Of a stretch of DNA of 64,000 bases, positions 24,557 through 36,000 are shown in pieces (position 1 is the first letter of the stretch; each line of letters begins with the position of its first letter). Source of the stretch: Cycas panzhihuaensis. Lineage: Eukaryota; Plantae; Cycadophyta. The notes under the pieces were generated by a model. The model was not told the DNA's origin and did not search any database. It worked only from the letters and a program-made list of their open reading frames with translations. The translations under genes were made by a program, and so were the position numbers. Location: assembly GCA_023213395.1 (NCBI GenBank), contig CM041465.1, positions 249,309,741 to 249,373,740 of the forward strand. Direction: 5' to 3'.

Positions 24557-27500
24557 TTCATCAGCATCGCAACCAACCCATTATACCAAGTGTTCAGAAA
24601 TAGTGTGATTTTGGAGGCAGCACTGGCGACTGGCAAGGATTTTATCAGGAGGAACTGTAAGAGTTTGTTCTTTAGAGAGAATGGGAACGGTTGTGTGGGG
24701 TGTAACTTTAGCTCCAAGGTATTTTTTTAGGCAAGACACGTGGAAGACATTATGAATATTAGTGTTTTGGGGGAGTTCAAGGGCATAAGCAACTTCACCA
24801 ATTTTGTGTAGGATCTTATAAGGGCCATAGTAGCAGGGGTTTAGTTTATGCCCTTGATGGGACTTAAGTGATTGTTGCTTATAAGGTTAGAGGTAGAGGT
24901 ATACTAGATCTCCAATATCAAAGGATCGATTGGATCAGTGGCGGTCTGCCAGTTGCTTCATTCAATTTCGAGCAATAGCTAGATTTTGTCAAAGGGCATG
25001 CAAGATTTGATCCATTTCTTGAAGCTTTTGTTGCACAGAAGCTGTTCTAAAATTTATGGCTAGGGTATGGTGAGAAGGTGGGTGGTAGCCATAAAGAGCC
25101 AAAAAGGGGGACATACCAATGGCAGAATGATGGGAGGAGTTATACCAATACTCGGCCAGGGCAAGCCATGAGGTCCACTTAGCTTGGTGTTATGAAGTAA
25201 AGCAATGTAGATAAGTTTCTAAAGTTTTGTTTAGAACCTCAGATTAGCCATTTGTTTGTGGGTGGTAGGTAAAGCTCATGTTAAATGAGATTCCAACAGC
25301 CTTAAAGAGTTTTTGCCAAAAGGAGCTAGTAAACTTAGGGTCTCGATCACAAACGATAGATGATGGAAAACCGTGGAGGCAAAATATGAACTGGACATAT
25401 AAGTCAGCGAGACGGGAGGATGAATATGAGGTGTGCACTGGGAGAAAGTGTAAGTACTTGGTTAATCAATCAATGATTACCCAAATGGAGTCAAACTCGA
25501 CAGATGGGGGTAGGCCCGTGATGAAGTCCATGGCAATATCTTACCACTTGCCTTACAGAATATTTAATGGTTGGAGAAGGCCAGGGAGAGGTTTGGTCTC
25601 TACTTTATTTCATTGACAGGTGTCACATTCTGATACAAAGGTGAATATGGTGGTCCTTATGTGGGGCCAAAAGAAATCTGTGTGAATCCGTTGATAAGTT
25701 TTATCGAAGCTAGAGTGGCCGCCAAGGGGGGACGAGTGGTATTATGTTAGGATTTTAGGGATGAATGAGGAGGAGGGATGGACAAAGATACGATTGTGGT
25801 AGAGGAGGTGATTGTTGAAGGTTGACCAACCTTGATGGGTGAGAACTTTTTCCCTCCAATTAGGATAGTCTGGCTAGGCTTGATTTTCAACACATAGTTT
25901 GTCAATCCAAAGGGGTTAGGGGTTGTTAATGGCATGGAGGCTTGGGTTAAGAATATTGTTGTTAGGATGGAGACGTGAAAGAGCATCTACCAATGTATTG
26001 TCTTTGCCTTTTTTATATGCTACTAAGAAGTCAAAGACTTGTAATCAATGAACCCACTTAGCTTGATCTTCAGACAAGACTGGCTGAGTCAATAAATTAT
26101 GGAGGCTACGATGATTCGTAAGAATAATGAACTTAGAGCCTAAGAGATATTGCCGCCATTTATCAATAGCATGGAGAATAGCCTTCATTTCTTTCTAATA
26201 TGTAGAGAGATGAAGCTCGTGATCTTTTAATTTTCGGCTTTCAAATGCAATGGGATGAGAGTCTTGCATTAGGACTGCGCCTAAACCAAACCCTGAAGCA
26301 TCGTATTCAAGTTAGAAGGGTTGGTTAAAATCAGGAGTGATGAGGACCAGAGAGGAGGTCATTACAACCTTGAGGTGGGAAAAGGCAGCCTCTACTTTGG
26401 GAGACCATTGAAAAGCCTCTTTATGAAGGAGGTTAGTTAATGGGGTGGTAAGAGCAGCATAATTATGCATAAAGTGTCGATAAAACCCTATGAGCCCAAG
26501 AAATGCTCGTAGTTGGGTAAGAGTGGTAGGTGTTAGCCACGTTGTGATGACCGATATTTTGTCGAGGTCTACACGTACCCCTTCTGATGATATGATATGA
26601 CCTAAATATTTGAGTTCTGATTATCCGATCTTACACTTAGATAGTTTTGCATAGAGTTGGCGGTTTTGCAATATTTGAAGAACAATTTCTAAGTGTTGGA
26701 TATAGAGATCCAGGCAGGCACTATAAATAAGAATGTCATCGAAGAAAACTATGATAAACTTTCTAAGGTAGGGCCCAAAGATTTTATTCACGAGAGCTTG
26801 GAAGGTTCTTTGAGGGCATTCTGAAGGCCAAAGGGCATTGCTCAAAACTTAAAATGGTCATGATGTGTAAGAAATACCATCTTATGACAATCTTGTGGGG
26901 CAATTGGGATTTGGTAGTAACCAGATTGGAGGTCTAATTTAGAAAAGATGGTTGCGCCATGGATTTCATCTAGCATATCATCTATGCGAGGGGTGGGAAA
27001 CTTATTTTTAATGGTAATCTTATTTAATTCACTATAGTCAACACAAAGGCGAAAGAAGCCATCCTTCTTCTGAACTAAGACAATTGGGGCTGCATAAGGG
27101 CTTTTACTAGGTTGGATTATGCCCATGTCAAGGAGCTCATTTGTGAGTTTCTCAATTTCATTCTTTTGGAAGTATGAGTTACGATAAGGTCGAAGGCTGA
27201 TGGGGTCATGGTTAGATTGGAGGTCAATTGTATGAAAGAAATTGCGGTCGGGAGGGGTGGTGGCAGGCAAAGGGGCGAATACTTGTTCATATTGGGTAAT
27301 GACATCCTGGATGTAGGGATGAATTTATGGTTCGATTTGGATATTATTGAGGCGGACTATATACCCTAGGTGAGATTGAAGATGGCGTTTCATACATCCA
27401 GGAGAGGCCACTTGGTTAGGGGGGGATTGCATTCCGTAAATTTTATGGTTTCGCCCCATGTGATCTTTGAAGGCAATGAATGGATTTGTAGGCGAGTTGT

Positions 27501-29013
27501 TCGTGCTATAGGTCCCTAGTGTTTGCAACCATTGAATCCCTAAGATGGCATCAGATCCTCCTATTGACAAGGCATAGAAGTCTGACACCAAAAGGTATGA
27601 GCTAATTTGGACTTGGAGGTTTTTAATAACACCTACACAATGGAGTTTCTGGTACCATAGTAGAGAATATGTGAAGCTAGTTTTGGGGATAATATATAGG
27701 TTAAGTTGTCTAGCAATTGAAATATCAATGAAGTTAAGTGATGCGCCACCGTCGATCAAGATAGATATTGGAGTCTTATGGAGAATGCCTCTAACTCTTA
27801 GGGGTTCGAGGCAGGAGGAGGTGGTGACAGCAGATATAGATACTTCAGCTTGGGGGTCTGGTGCAGGATCATCATGGGTTTCATCATCAGCCTCCTAGTT
27901 GGAGTCAGAATCAGAGGGATCGTCAAGGGAGAGGGATGGGTCAATTGAGAAAATTATACGCTGCGCTTTGCAAAAACGACAATGCCCGGAAGTCCACTTT
28001 TCTGCACATTACATAAAAAGGTTGGCCTCAAGTCGACGTTGTGCTTCAGCTTGAGAAATCTGGACTCTTTTGGTGGCTGTATCCTAATTTTGGTGATCAA
28101 TAAATGGTCGAGAATCATCCTGTCATGGTCGAGGACGTGTGAAGTCAGCTTGAGGATGAGAGGCATCGTCAAATCGAGGTCGAGGTCGCTGGAGGTCTAC
28201 TTGTCGAGTGCGCGAGAACCAAGAGTTATCCTGTCGAATGGCTGAGGGTCTATCTACTGCAAACTCAGCTTCTACTACATAGGCCCACTTGAAAGCTTCC
28301 TTAAGGGAGTAAATTGCCATTATCTTTAATCTCATCTGAATACAGTCTTGGAGTCCTGCCACATAAATATCAATCACTGTTTGTTTGTCCAAGTTTTGGC
28401 TTTGTGGCGTGCAGTTGTATAAAGCTTGAAATTCATCCGTATAAGCTTCTACAGTTGATGTCTACTTAAGCTGGGTGAGTTGTATGAAAAAAGATTAACT
28501 CCATGTATCTTCATATTGCTCGAAGAAACAACTAGTGAAGTGGGACCAAGTTTGGTGAGAGGGATATTCTCGCTTCCACCAGTTAAACCAATTGTGAGCT
28601 CGACCATCTAAATGAATGGAAGCGTATAAGAGTTAGTCCTCTTCTGACATCGTGTGGAGAGTGAAGTAGGATTCTAATTTATTAATCTAGCTTCAAGTGC
28701 ACTCTCTATTCACATCTGGATCAAAGGTAGGAATGTTGATCTTATGGTGGAAAAACGGTTGTCTTAGTGGAGAACCTCCTGTATGTGCATTGCTTCCTGG
28801 AGAAGGGGGAGGTTGGTTGCCCATTGAGGTAGAAGCTCTTGTGCTTTGGGGTTGGGGTAACACCCATTTTTGAAGTAGTTTGATAATCTCTTTCTCGGTG
28901 TCGTCTAGGTCAGATTTGGTAGGCATGCTACTGAGTTTATCGCTGACCTCTGTTTTGAAATTAGACAAATTATTGGTCAACTCAACAAAATTTTCTGTTT
29001 GATTTTTTGCCAT
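24557..29013 (-). pseudogene. chromovirus gag-pol pseudogene
   Basis: KINIPTFD (gag), IDGGASLNFI (protease), SKSPYAAPIVLVQKKDG, FSKLDLQSGYYQI and FFDDILIYS (RT), IVCDRDPKFTS...YHPQTNG (integrase), FHVSCLKK...PDKILASR...EHLV*WVG (chromodomain). Confidence 0.93.
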
Positions 29014-29385
29014 TGGAGTTGAAGAAAGGGATTAAAGAAGCGGGAGTAAGTAGAAAGAAAGGAAAGAACGAAGTGGGACAGATTCAAGGAAGAACGGGAT
29101 ATAAGAATAGGGAGTTGCTATATGGGAAAGAGGGAGCAAATAAGGAAATGTGGGGTGTCTATAGCCTATTGACCCAAAAATTACATAAGCAAGATATTTA
29201 GTCCACTAGAAAGAGCACAAAACACCTATCGAAATGGGGTGTATAAGTTTTAAGGTGAATTTAGAGTGGTAGGGCCCACCAGTGGCCTGGGTACGAAAAG
29301 AGTGAAAATTGGGATATAGACTAACCTAGTCTAAATGACCCTTATGAGATGCTGATCGAATTGAGGTATATGAGTTATAAGAAAA

Positions 29386-29513
29386 TTTTTTTTTACACTG
29401 TGAGCAAAAGCTAAGTGGAGTTTTTTTTTTTGTTTTTTTAAATATTTTTCCTTCTTTACTCTCTCTTTTTCCTTTTTTTTTTTTCTTTTTTTTTTTCTTC
29501 TTTTTTTTTTTTT
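29386..29513. repeat. Long poly(T)/pyrimidine tract in the chromovirus 5' leader
   Basis: Seen directly in the sequence. Confidence 0.9.
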
Positions 29514-30374
29514 CCTAGAGGCTTGACTATTCTGACGAGTTTTGAATTCAGGCAGTCAGTGGCTTGTGATTAAGACTAAGGCAGGGGAAGCAGCGAATGA
29601 TCATATGTGTCCTACCCATAGCAGAATGAGGTGTGCTTGGTCTTATAGGCCTACCAATAAACTTCTAATGCAGAAGTTCAGGGCAGGTAACTTCGTGGCA
29701 CTAACTGCTAACCACTGCACTATAAGACTTCAACGACCGATAGGTTACTTACGTTAGGGAGGGTTTTGGAATCCTAAAGGGGTCCTCTTATATACCTGGA
29801 AGTACATGGAGGCACACTTCCATAGCCAGGTTCTGTCTAGGGTGGTGGGAGGGGACACAAAGGGTAGCTGCCCAACAGTGTTATCTACCCTTGGAATATA
29901 ACCCAATGCAGAAAAAGAAAGCTTAAAAATTGAATTGAATGTAGAAGAAATAAATTGCTTGCGGTACCTGAAGGTCGAAATTCCCCTTCGCTTCGTGACC
30001 TCTAATCTATCATATTATCGTTCCCCAATCTTCTTGGAGAGAGTACTGAGTGAAGGTCTTTCCTCAATCTCTGCTTAAGGAGAGAGAGTACTCAATCATA
30101 CAGGAAAAAAAAAATTGCTATTCTGGGTAGCTTCTCACGATCGCGAACGCAGCTCTGATACCACTTGGACCGTTCCTTCTCAGAAATCTGGGCTCATAGA
30201 AGTGATTATTAGCAAAAATGAAGCTAAATAACACGAATGCACAAGCAGATCACAGAAAATGAATCACCAAAATGAGTACCGAAGTACTTTCTCCTTTCAA
30301 GATATCATACTCAATACATTATGAGTGGTTTAACCCTTTAAATGCACAAGTAAGGGTCTTCATCCTTAATGATT

Positions 30375-30498
30375 CTATTGGTGGCCCTAGTGGCTTTACA
30401 TCTTATTGGACGACTTAGCGGTCCATACACATAACTCTATTGGTGGCCCTAGTGGCCTTACATCTTATTGGATGGCTTAACGGTCTATACACATAACT
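30375..30498 (-). promoter_or_regulatory. 2 x 62-bp tandem duplication in LTR U3 carrying four CCAAT motifs
   Basis: Units start at 30375 and 30437; each contains attgg twice (CCAAT on the element strand). Regulatory function is inferred. Confidence 0.7.
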
Positions 30499-33002
30499 TA
30501 CTAAACCCTTTAATCCTTACTTGTTAGTGGTTCCCTCTTGCTGAGGAAAGGTGGGGTTATGTTATAATCAACCTATAAGAGTCTCTTAAATTTCAAAATC
30601 AGCATCACATAGCAAAGTTATAATTCCTATTTTCTTATTTAAATATAATACTTGTTGAAATAATAAAAGGACTTGAGTCAAGCAAAATTTAAATGAAATC
30701 CCAAGAGGGAAATTTAGTATCATATATAATCACCACCATCATTAAAAAATAAGAATAATAATGAGATTCACTTTTAAGCATTGGTTAAGTACACTTCCCA
30801 TTTATTTATTTAACTATAAATGTAGCTTATTTGAGTCAAGTATCTTTGGCTATCAACTCTATCATACGCCACTAATTTTCTAGTATTCTTAAAATATTTA
30901 TGTAGCTAATGATAATATATGGGCAACCCCTGTCTTTAGAGGGTCTAAAATCTATTTAGTAACATTTTCCTAAGAGTTGTGTGTTCTTAATGAATTATAA
31001 ACTTAAGTGGCCAATTTATTTAAAGTTATAGCTTTTAAGAGTATTGTAGTTAACTCATCCTTAACATTGACACCATCCTTTGATAGATTAGTAGAATTGA
31101 TCATTATCTTATCAATTATAATTAGTGGCTATGGAAATAGTCAAAATGTAAACTTAATATATCACATAAGTTTATAAATAAAGAACTATTTTTAGCACAT
31201 AAATGGTTCAAACATTTATAACAATAATAGTCCAACTTGCTTAAACATTGAGGCCTCATCAAACTAGAGTTATTTGGTAGAAATAAGATCCCAAGAGTCA
31301 CCTTTTAAGGATACCTTATGTGTAAATTTCTACCATTTTCCCTTGAGATTTGGTATTTTAGCATTTATAAACTTATTTCTCAAGAATGTTACCATTATAA
31401 AGTATAGCCATCTCAAACATCTAAGGAATATTATTACAATCAGTTAAGGTCTTATTACAATTAATAACTATCTTAAGAAGATAAATTTATAATAGGACAT
31501 TGTGCAATACTCACAACCATGATGTTTAAAAATAAGAATACTAGAGAAAGAAAGATCTCTACTTTTTACAAACAAAAAAATATAATGTATTACATGCTTG
31601 AACATTCTTATAAATGACCATTACAATAATACTAAATTCTTCAAAATATTTGATGTGCAAAATTTGATCTGTGAATCTATAATAGTCACCCCAAAATCTT
31701 AGTGATATTATCATCATTAACTACATTTATATCCTTTACTTGTATTAAAAATACATATACTTATAATGTCTCAAGTAATTCAACATAAATTTTAATTAAT
31801 AGATATATACTACATCAACTAAATTGTATAACTCAAAGTTATCATGAAATAATTTGAGATAATAAATTTCACTTATACCAAACATAATAGTAACTAATTA
31901 CATCAATGATATTAATCAAGTATTATATTATTTGAATACATAAGTGAGATTTGAATGAAAACTTCAATTTAATAATAATATAATACCCTCGAGTATAAGG
32001 GTATTAACTTAGTCAAATGACTCAACATCTAAATTATAAACACTAATATAAAAACCTATTGGCTAAGATTGCTATCAATAAAAAGTAATAATTTAATACC
32101 CCAAAGTTTAAGGTTACTAATTAACCAATTCATGATGAGCAACACAACACTTTGAAATGTAAGGTTAATATCCCATTTTATCTTAAGACTAAGAAATCTA
32201 ACACTCAAAAATATAAGATTACTTAATAGTTGACATAATCTTAGATAACTATAGTCATGAATTATAAACATCAATAACATAGCATTCTAGGGTATAATAA
32301 CATTGTTGAAGACCATCATTAAAAAAAATAGTAATATGCCAACCAAAAGTATAAGGCAAATACCATATTTTGAGTATTATACCATACATGTTGAAAAATG
32401 TAAGATCACTCAATTGTCAATAATAACTACACTTTTAAATTTGACTTGGATTAACTTATTTATTTATTTATTCCTTTTTCACATATATAAATTAAGTTGA
32501 TTCTAAAGATAATACATTTTTAATCAATTGCACCTTCCCTTTTAATAACGTTTCATCTAATTATTTCAATTGAAATAATACATTATCCAAAGTTTTATGT
32601 AAAATATAAGGTCCTTCTAATACCGTCTTAAACTTTCTAGGCGGAGTCCTGAGCTTATTATCAAATGGAAATACCTTATCTCTTTTGGCTAATTATATAT
32701 TTTTTATGTTGTAATCATGTCATGTCTTTTGATTTTTATTTATAGTTAAGTAATATCAATCTATTAAGTACCCATTTTTCTCATGTTATAATAATTATTA
32801 TACTTAATCTTAAACCTCTTCTTAATTTTCCTATTTTATATAGTGGATTACTTACGAACTAAAAATAATAAATTCCATGAGCATAATTACTTCAACTCCA
32901 TATACTAATCAAATTGGTGTAAACCATCTTAATTTCTTAAATGTAAGTTTGAAGGGATACAAAGCCACTTGTAACTTTTCTACCTTATCCATTTAACTTA
33001 TT

Positions 33003-33006
<4 letters not shown>

Positions 33007-33048
<42 letters not shown>
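33007..33048. repeat. (AT)n microsatellite abutting the LINE poly(T)
   Basis: Seen directly in the sequence. Confidence 0.95.
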
Positions 33049-33065
<17 letters not shown>

Positions 33066-36000
33066 TTGATATGGTAAAAAATAGAAGGGGTTTTAATAGG
33101 TCCCCAAACCTTTTACAATAGTAGCCTTTTGACTATAGAATATGATGGCCATGACATGCCCATGGCCTAGCATAATTGGACCCACACTAAACACATTAAG
33201 CCTTAACAAGCCCTAACTTTCCTAATTCTAAGCTAACACATCCAATCTAACTAGACTCAGGAGCTCCTCTAGGAAATTCTCTTTCCAAACCCTCATTCTC
33301 TTATTTAAAACTGCCCAATTGGTAAGCCAATCCACTGCAGCATTTCCTTCCCTATATGTGTGCTGAATCTGGGTACTTTGCTTAAATCTTAGAACATCCT
33401 AAGCATCCCTCACCATATCCATATTATGCCAATCAACCTCAGCCTCCCCCTTGAGGATCCTGATCACGTTCATAGAATCTCCTTCTATCATCACCTTGTT
33501 GTGGTCATTCTCATCCACCATTACCACAACTTTCTACATAGCCTTAAGTTCATCACAGTGGTTTGTATGTTGACCATAGTATTCCGAAAAGGCCCACCTT
33601 ACCGTCTTTTCAAGGTATCTACATAGGCCACCCCCACCAACCTCACTAGGGTTGCCTTTAAATGCCCCATCAAAATTTATTTTAACCCAGTTTTTACTAG
33701 GCAGCTATTAGGAACACTTCCTCCTTTTTACCCCAATAATTTTTGGGTTCCTAATCCCCCAATCATCCATGATGCTTCCCTCCACACTTGGAACCCCTTC
33801 CTCGTCCAAAGGTTTAAGCATTTTTATTATCATTATTCGAATCATCTCATAGAGCCTATGCTCATCTAGATCCTTCCCTCAAAAACTTCTTCTGTTACAT
33901 TACTTCCAAATATTCTAGATCCCTACAAGTATAATTAATTTCCAAAGCATTCCTAGCATCTTACTCCTAAAGGGAGATTTCCACAACATCCATTACTCTA
34001 GCAGGGTCCTAGGAGACACTTAATCTATCCCCAGATTGGACCAAATATAGGCCCATATTTCCTTAGAGAAGAGGTAATTAATGTTGATATGGTTTAAAGA
34101 CTCCTTATCCTTCTTGCACAACATACATTTATTCCACATGGTGAAACCATGTCTACAAAGATTATCAATTATTAATATCTTATTATGTAGACATAGCCAC
34201 TAGAATACTACCACCTTTGGGATAATCCCCAACTTCCAGACCCTAGTTAGCATCATATTCTTACCAAACCCATCCTCCATGAAAATAGTTTAGTAACCCT
34301 CCTTCACATAGTAGATCTAGAGGGGGAGTATGGCCAAATAATTGTATCAACCATAGGCCTCTTAGGGATATACCAATGGTTTAACTTGCTCTTAAGGATC
34401 TGAATATTCTCCCCCCCTCTCCTAGGTCCCTTATAATTCCTCAAAGGATCTCCAATTCCCATCTTTGCCTTGTCCCTCCTAGTAATCCTTGACCAACGAA
34501 CTAAAAGTTTCCTCACAAATACCCTGTATGTTACCGATGAAAGGATTGTCTTTCAATTTGTAGTTTCCACACCATTTATCCTCCCAAAATGTGATACTTT
34601 ACCCATTTCCCAACTTCCATATCATCCCATTCATTAAAATGGGCTTGGCATAAACTAGACCTTTCTAGATAGAGGAACCAAAAATGTCCCCCACCTCGTC
34701 TTTCAAGAAGTGCCTGCCCCCTAGGTACTTTTTGGCAATGATGTTTCCCCATTAGGTGCCATCAACTTTCGCCAGTCTCCATCCCAATTTGGCCACCAAA
34801 GCCCTATTAAAGAACCCCAGTCTTTTGATATTGAGCCCTCCTACCTACTTGGGCCTACAAACCTTATCCTAAGATACCAGATGGATTCTATCCTTGTCCT
34901 CTATTCTAGACTAGAGGAATCTTTTTTAGATGCCTTCTAAGATTGAAATGACCTTACTCGAAATCCTAAAAATTGACATCATGTAAATCAGAATGCTCTA
35001 CAAAGAGGCTGCCACCAACTAAATTTTGTCTACTAGACTAAGGAGGGAACCTTTCTAACCAACCAGCTTCCTTTAGATCCTATCCACAATAGGATTCCAG
35101 AGATCCTTGCTCATATTTCCTATAAAAAGAGGTATCACTAAGTAAGTGATTGGAAGAGGTTTGATGGGGATCTCTATCTCCCTACTGATCCTCCTCTAAA
35201 GTCTCTCAAGGGTGTTAATAAAGAAGATAGAACTCTTCTCCAGGTTGATTCTTTGGTTTATGGCCCTCTCATAAGCCCGGAGCCCCATCTTAAATGCTCT
35301 AGCTTCCCCTAGAGTTGCCTTACCTAAAAAGATGTTGTCATCAACAAACTAATGATGAACAATATTGTCAGTGTTGGATGAGGGCTTTAGCCTAGACACC
35401 TATCCTTTCCTTCTGGCCTCCTCAACATCCCTCCCTAATATTTCTGCCATAATGATAAACAGGTAGGGATATAAAGGATCCCCTTACCTAAGTCCTTTGA
35501 AACTAAAGAAAAATGGGGTCGAAGTACCATTTATAGGTATAAAGAAAGATGGATTGGATATGCAACACCCCATCTAGTCCCTCCAGACCTTGTCAAAATA
35601 AATTTCTTGGAGACAATCAATTAAGCAATCCTAAGCCACTTGATCATAAGCTTTGAACATGTCAGTTTTCACAATCATGGCCACTTCTTTCATGTTGTAA
35701 ACCGAATGAAACGTCTCATGGACCACTATTATACCATCTACGATTTATCTGCCTTTCATAAATCCATCCTAATTTGGGGATATAATAAGCGACAAGCATT
35801 CCTTGAGTCTATTTGCTAAGATTTTATATTTTACATTACAAAGATTTATTAGTCTAAAGTCCTCCATGACTTTCACTCCTTCCTTCTTTGGAATTATCAC
35901 CAGAAAAGTATCTTGCCGCTCCTTTAATATTGTTTTCTTCTCCAGGAATTCATCCAAAGCCAATTTTAAATCCTCCTTAATTATGTCCCAAAATTATTGG

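Larger units (their letters stand above)
24557..30566 (-). mobile_element. Ty3/gypsy chromovirus (Reina-like in size), 3' end and 3' LTR missing
   Basis: PBS complement gctctgatacca 30152-30163; 5' LTR about 30166-30566; domain order gag-PR-RT-RH-INT-chromodomain. Confidence 0.93.

Noticed and set aside
22438-30498. Short direct repeats (22438-22585, 30375-30498) as CRISPR-like arrays
   Set aside because: They are tandem duplications without unique spacers, inside eukaryotic retroelements, and there are no cas genes.
31495-31540. Thioredoxin-like ILIFKHHGCEYC motif suggesting a viral or host redox gene
   Set aside because: It is a single short motif in a stop-rich frame downstream of a gypsy integrase, with no supporting fold elements.
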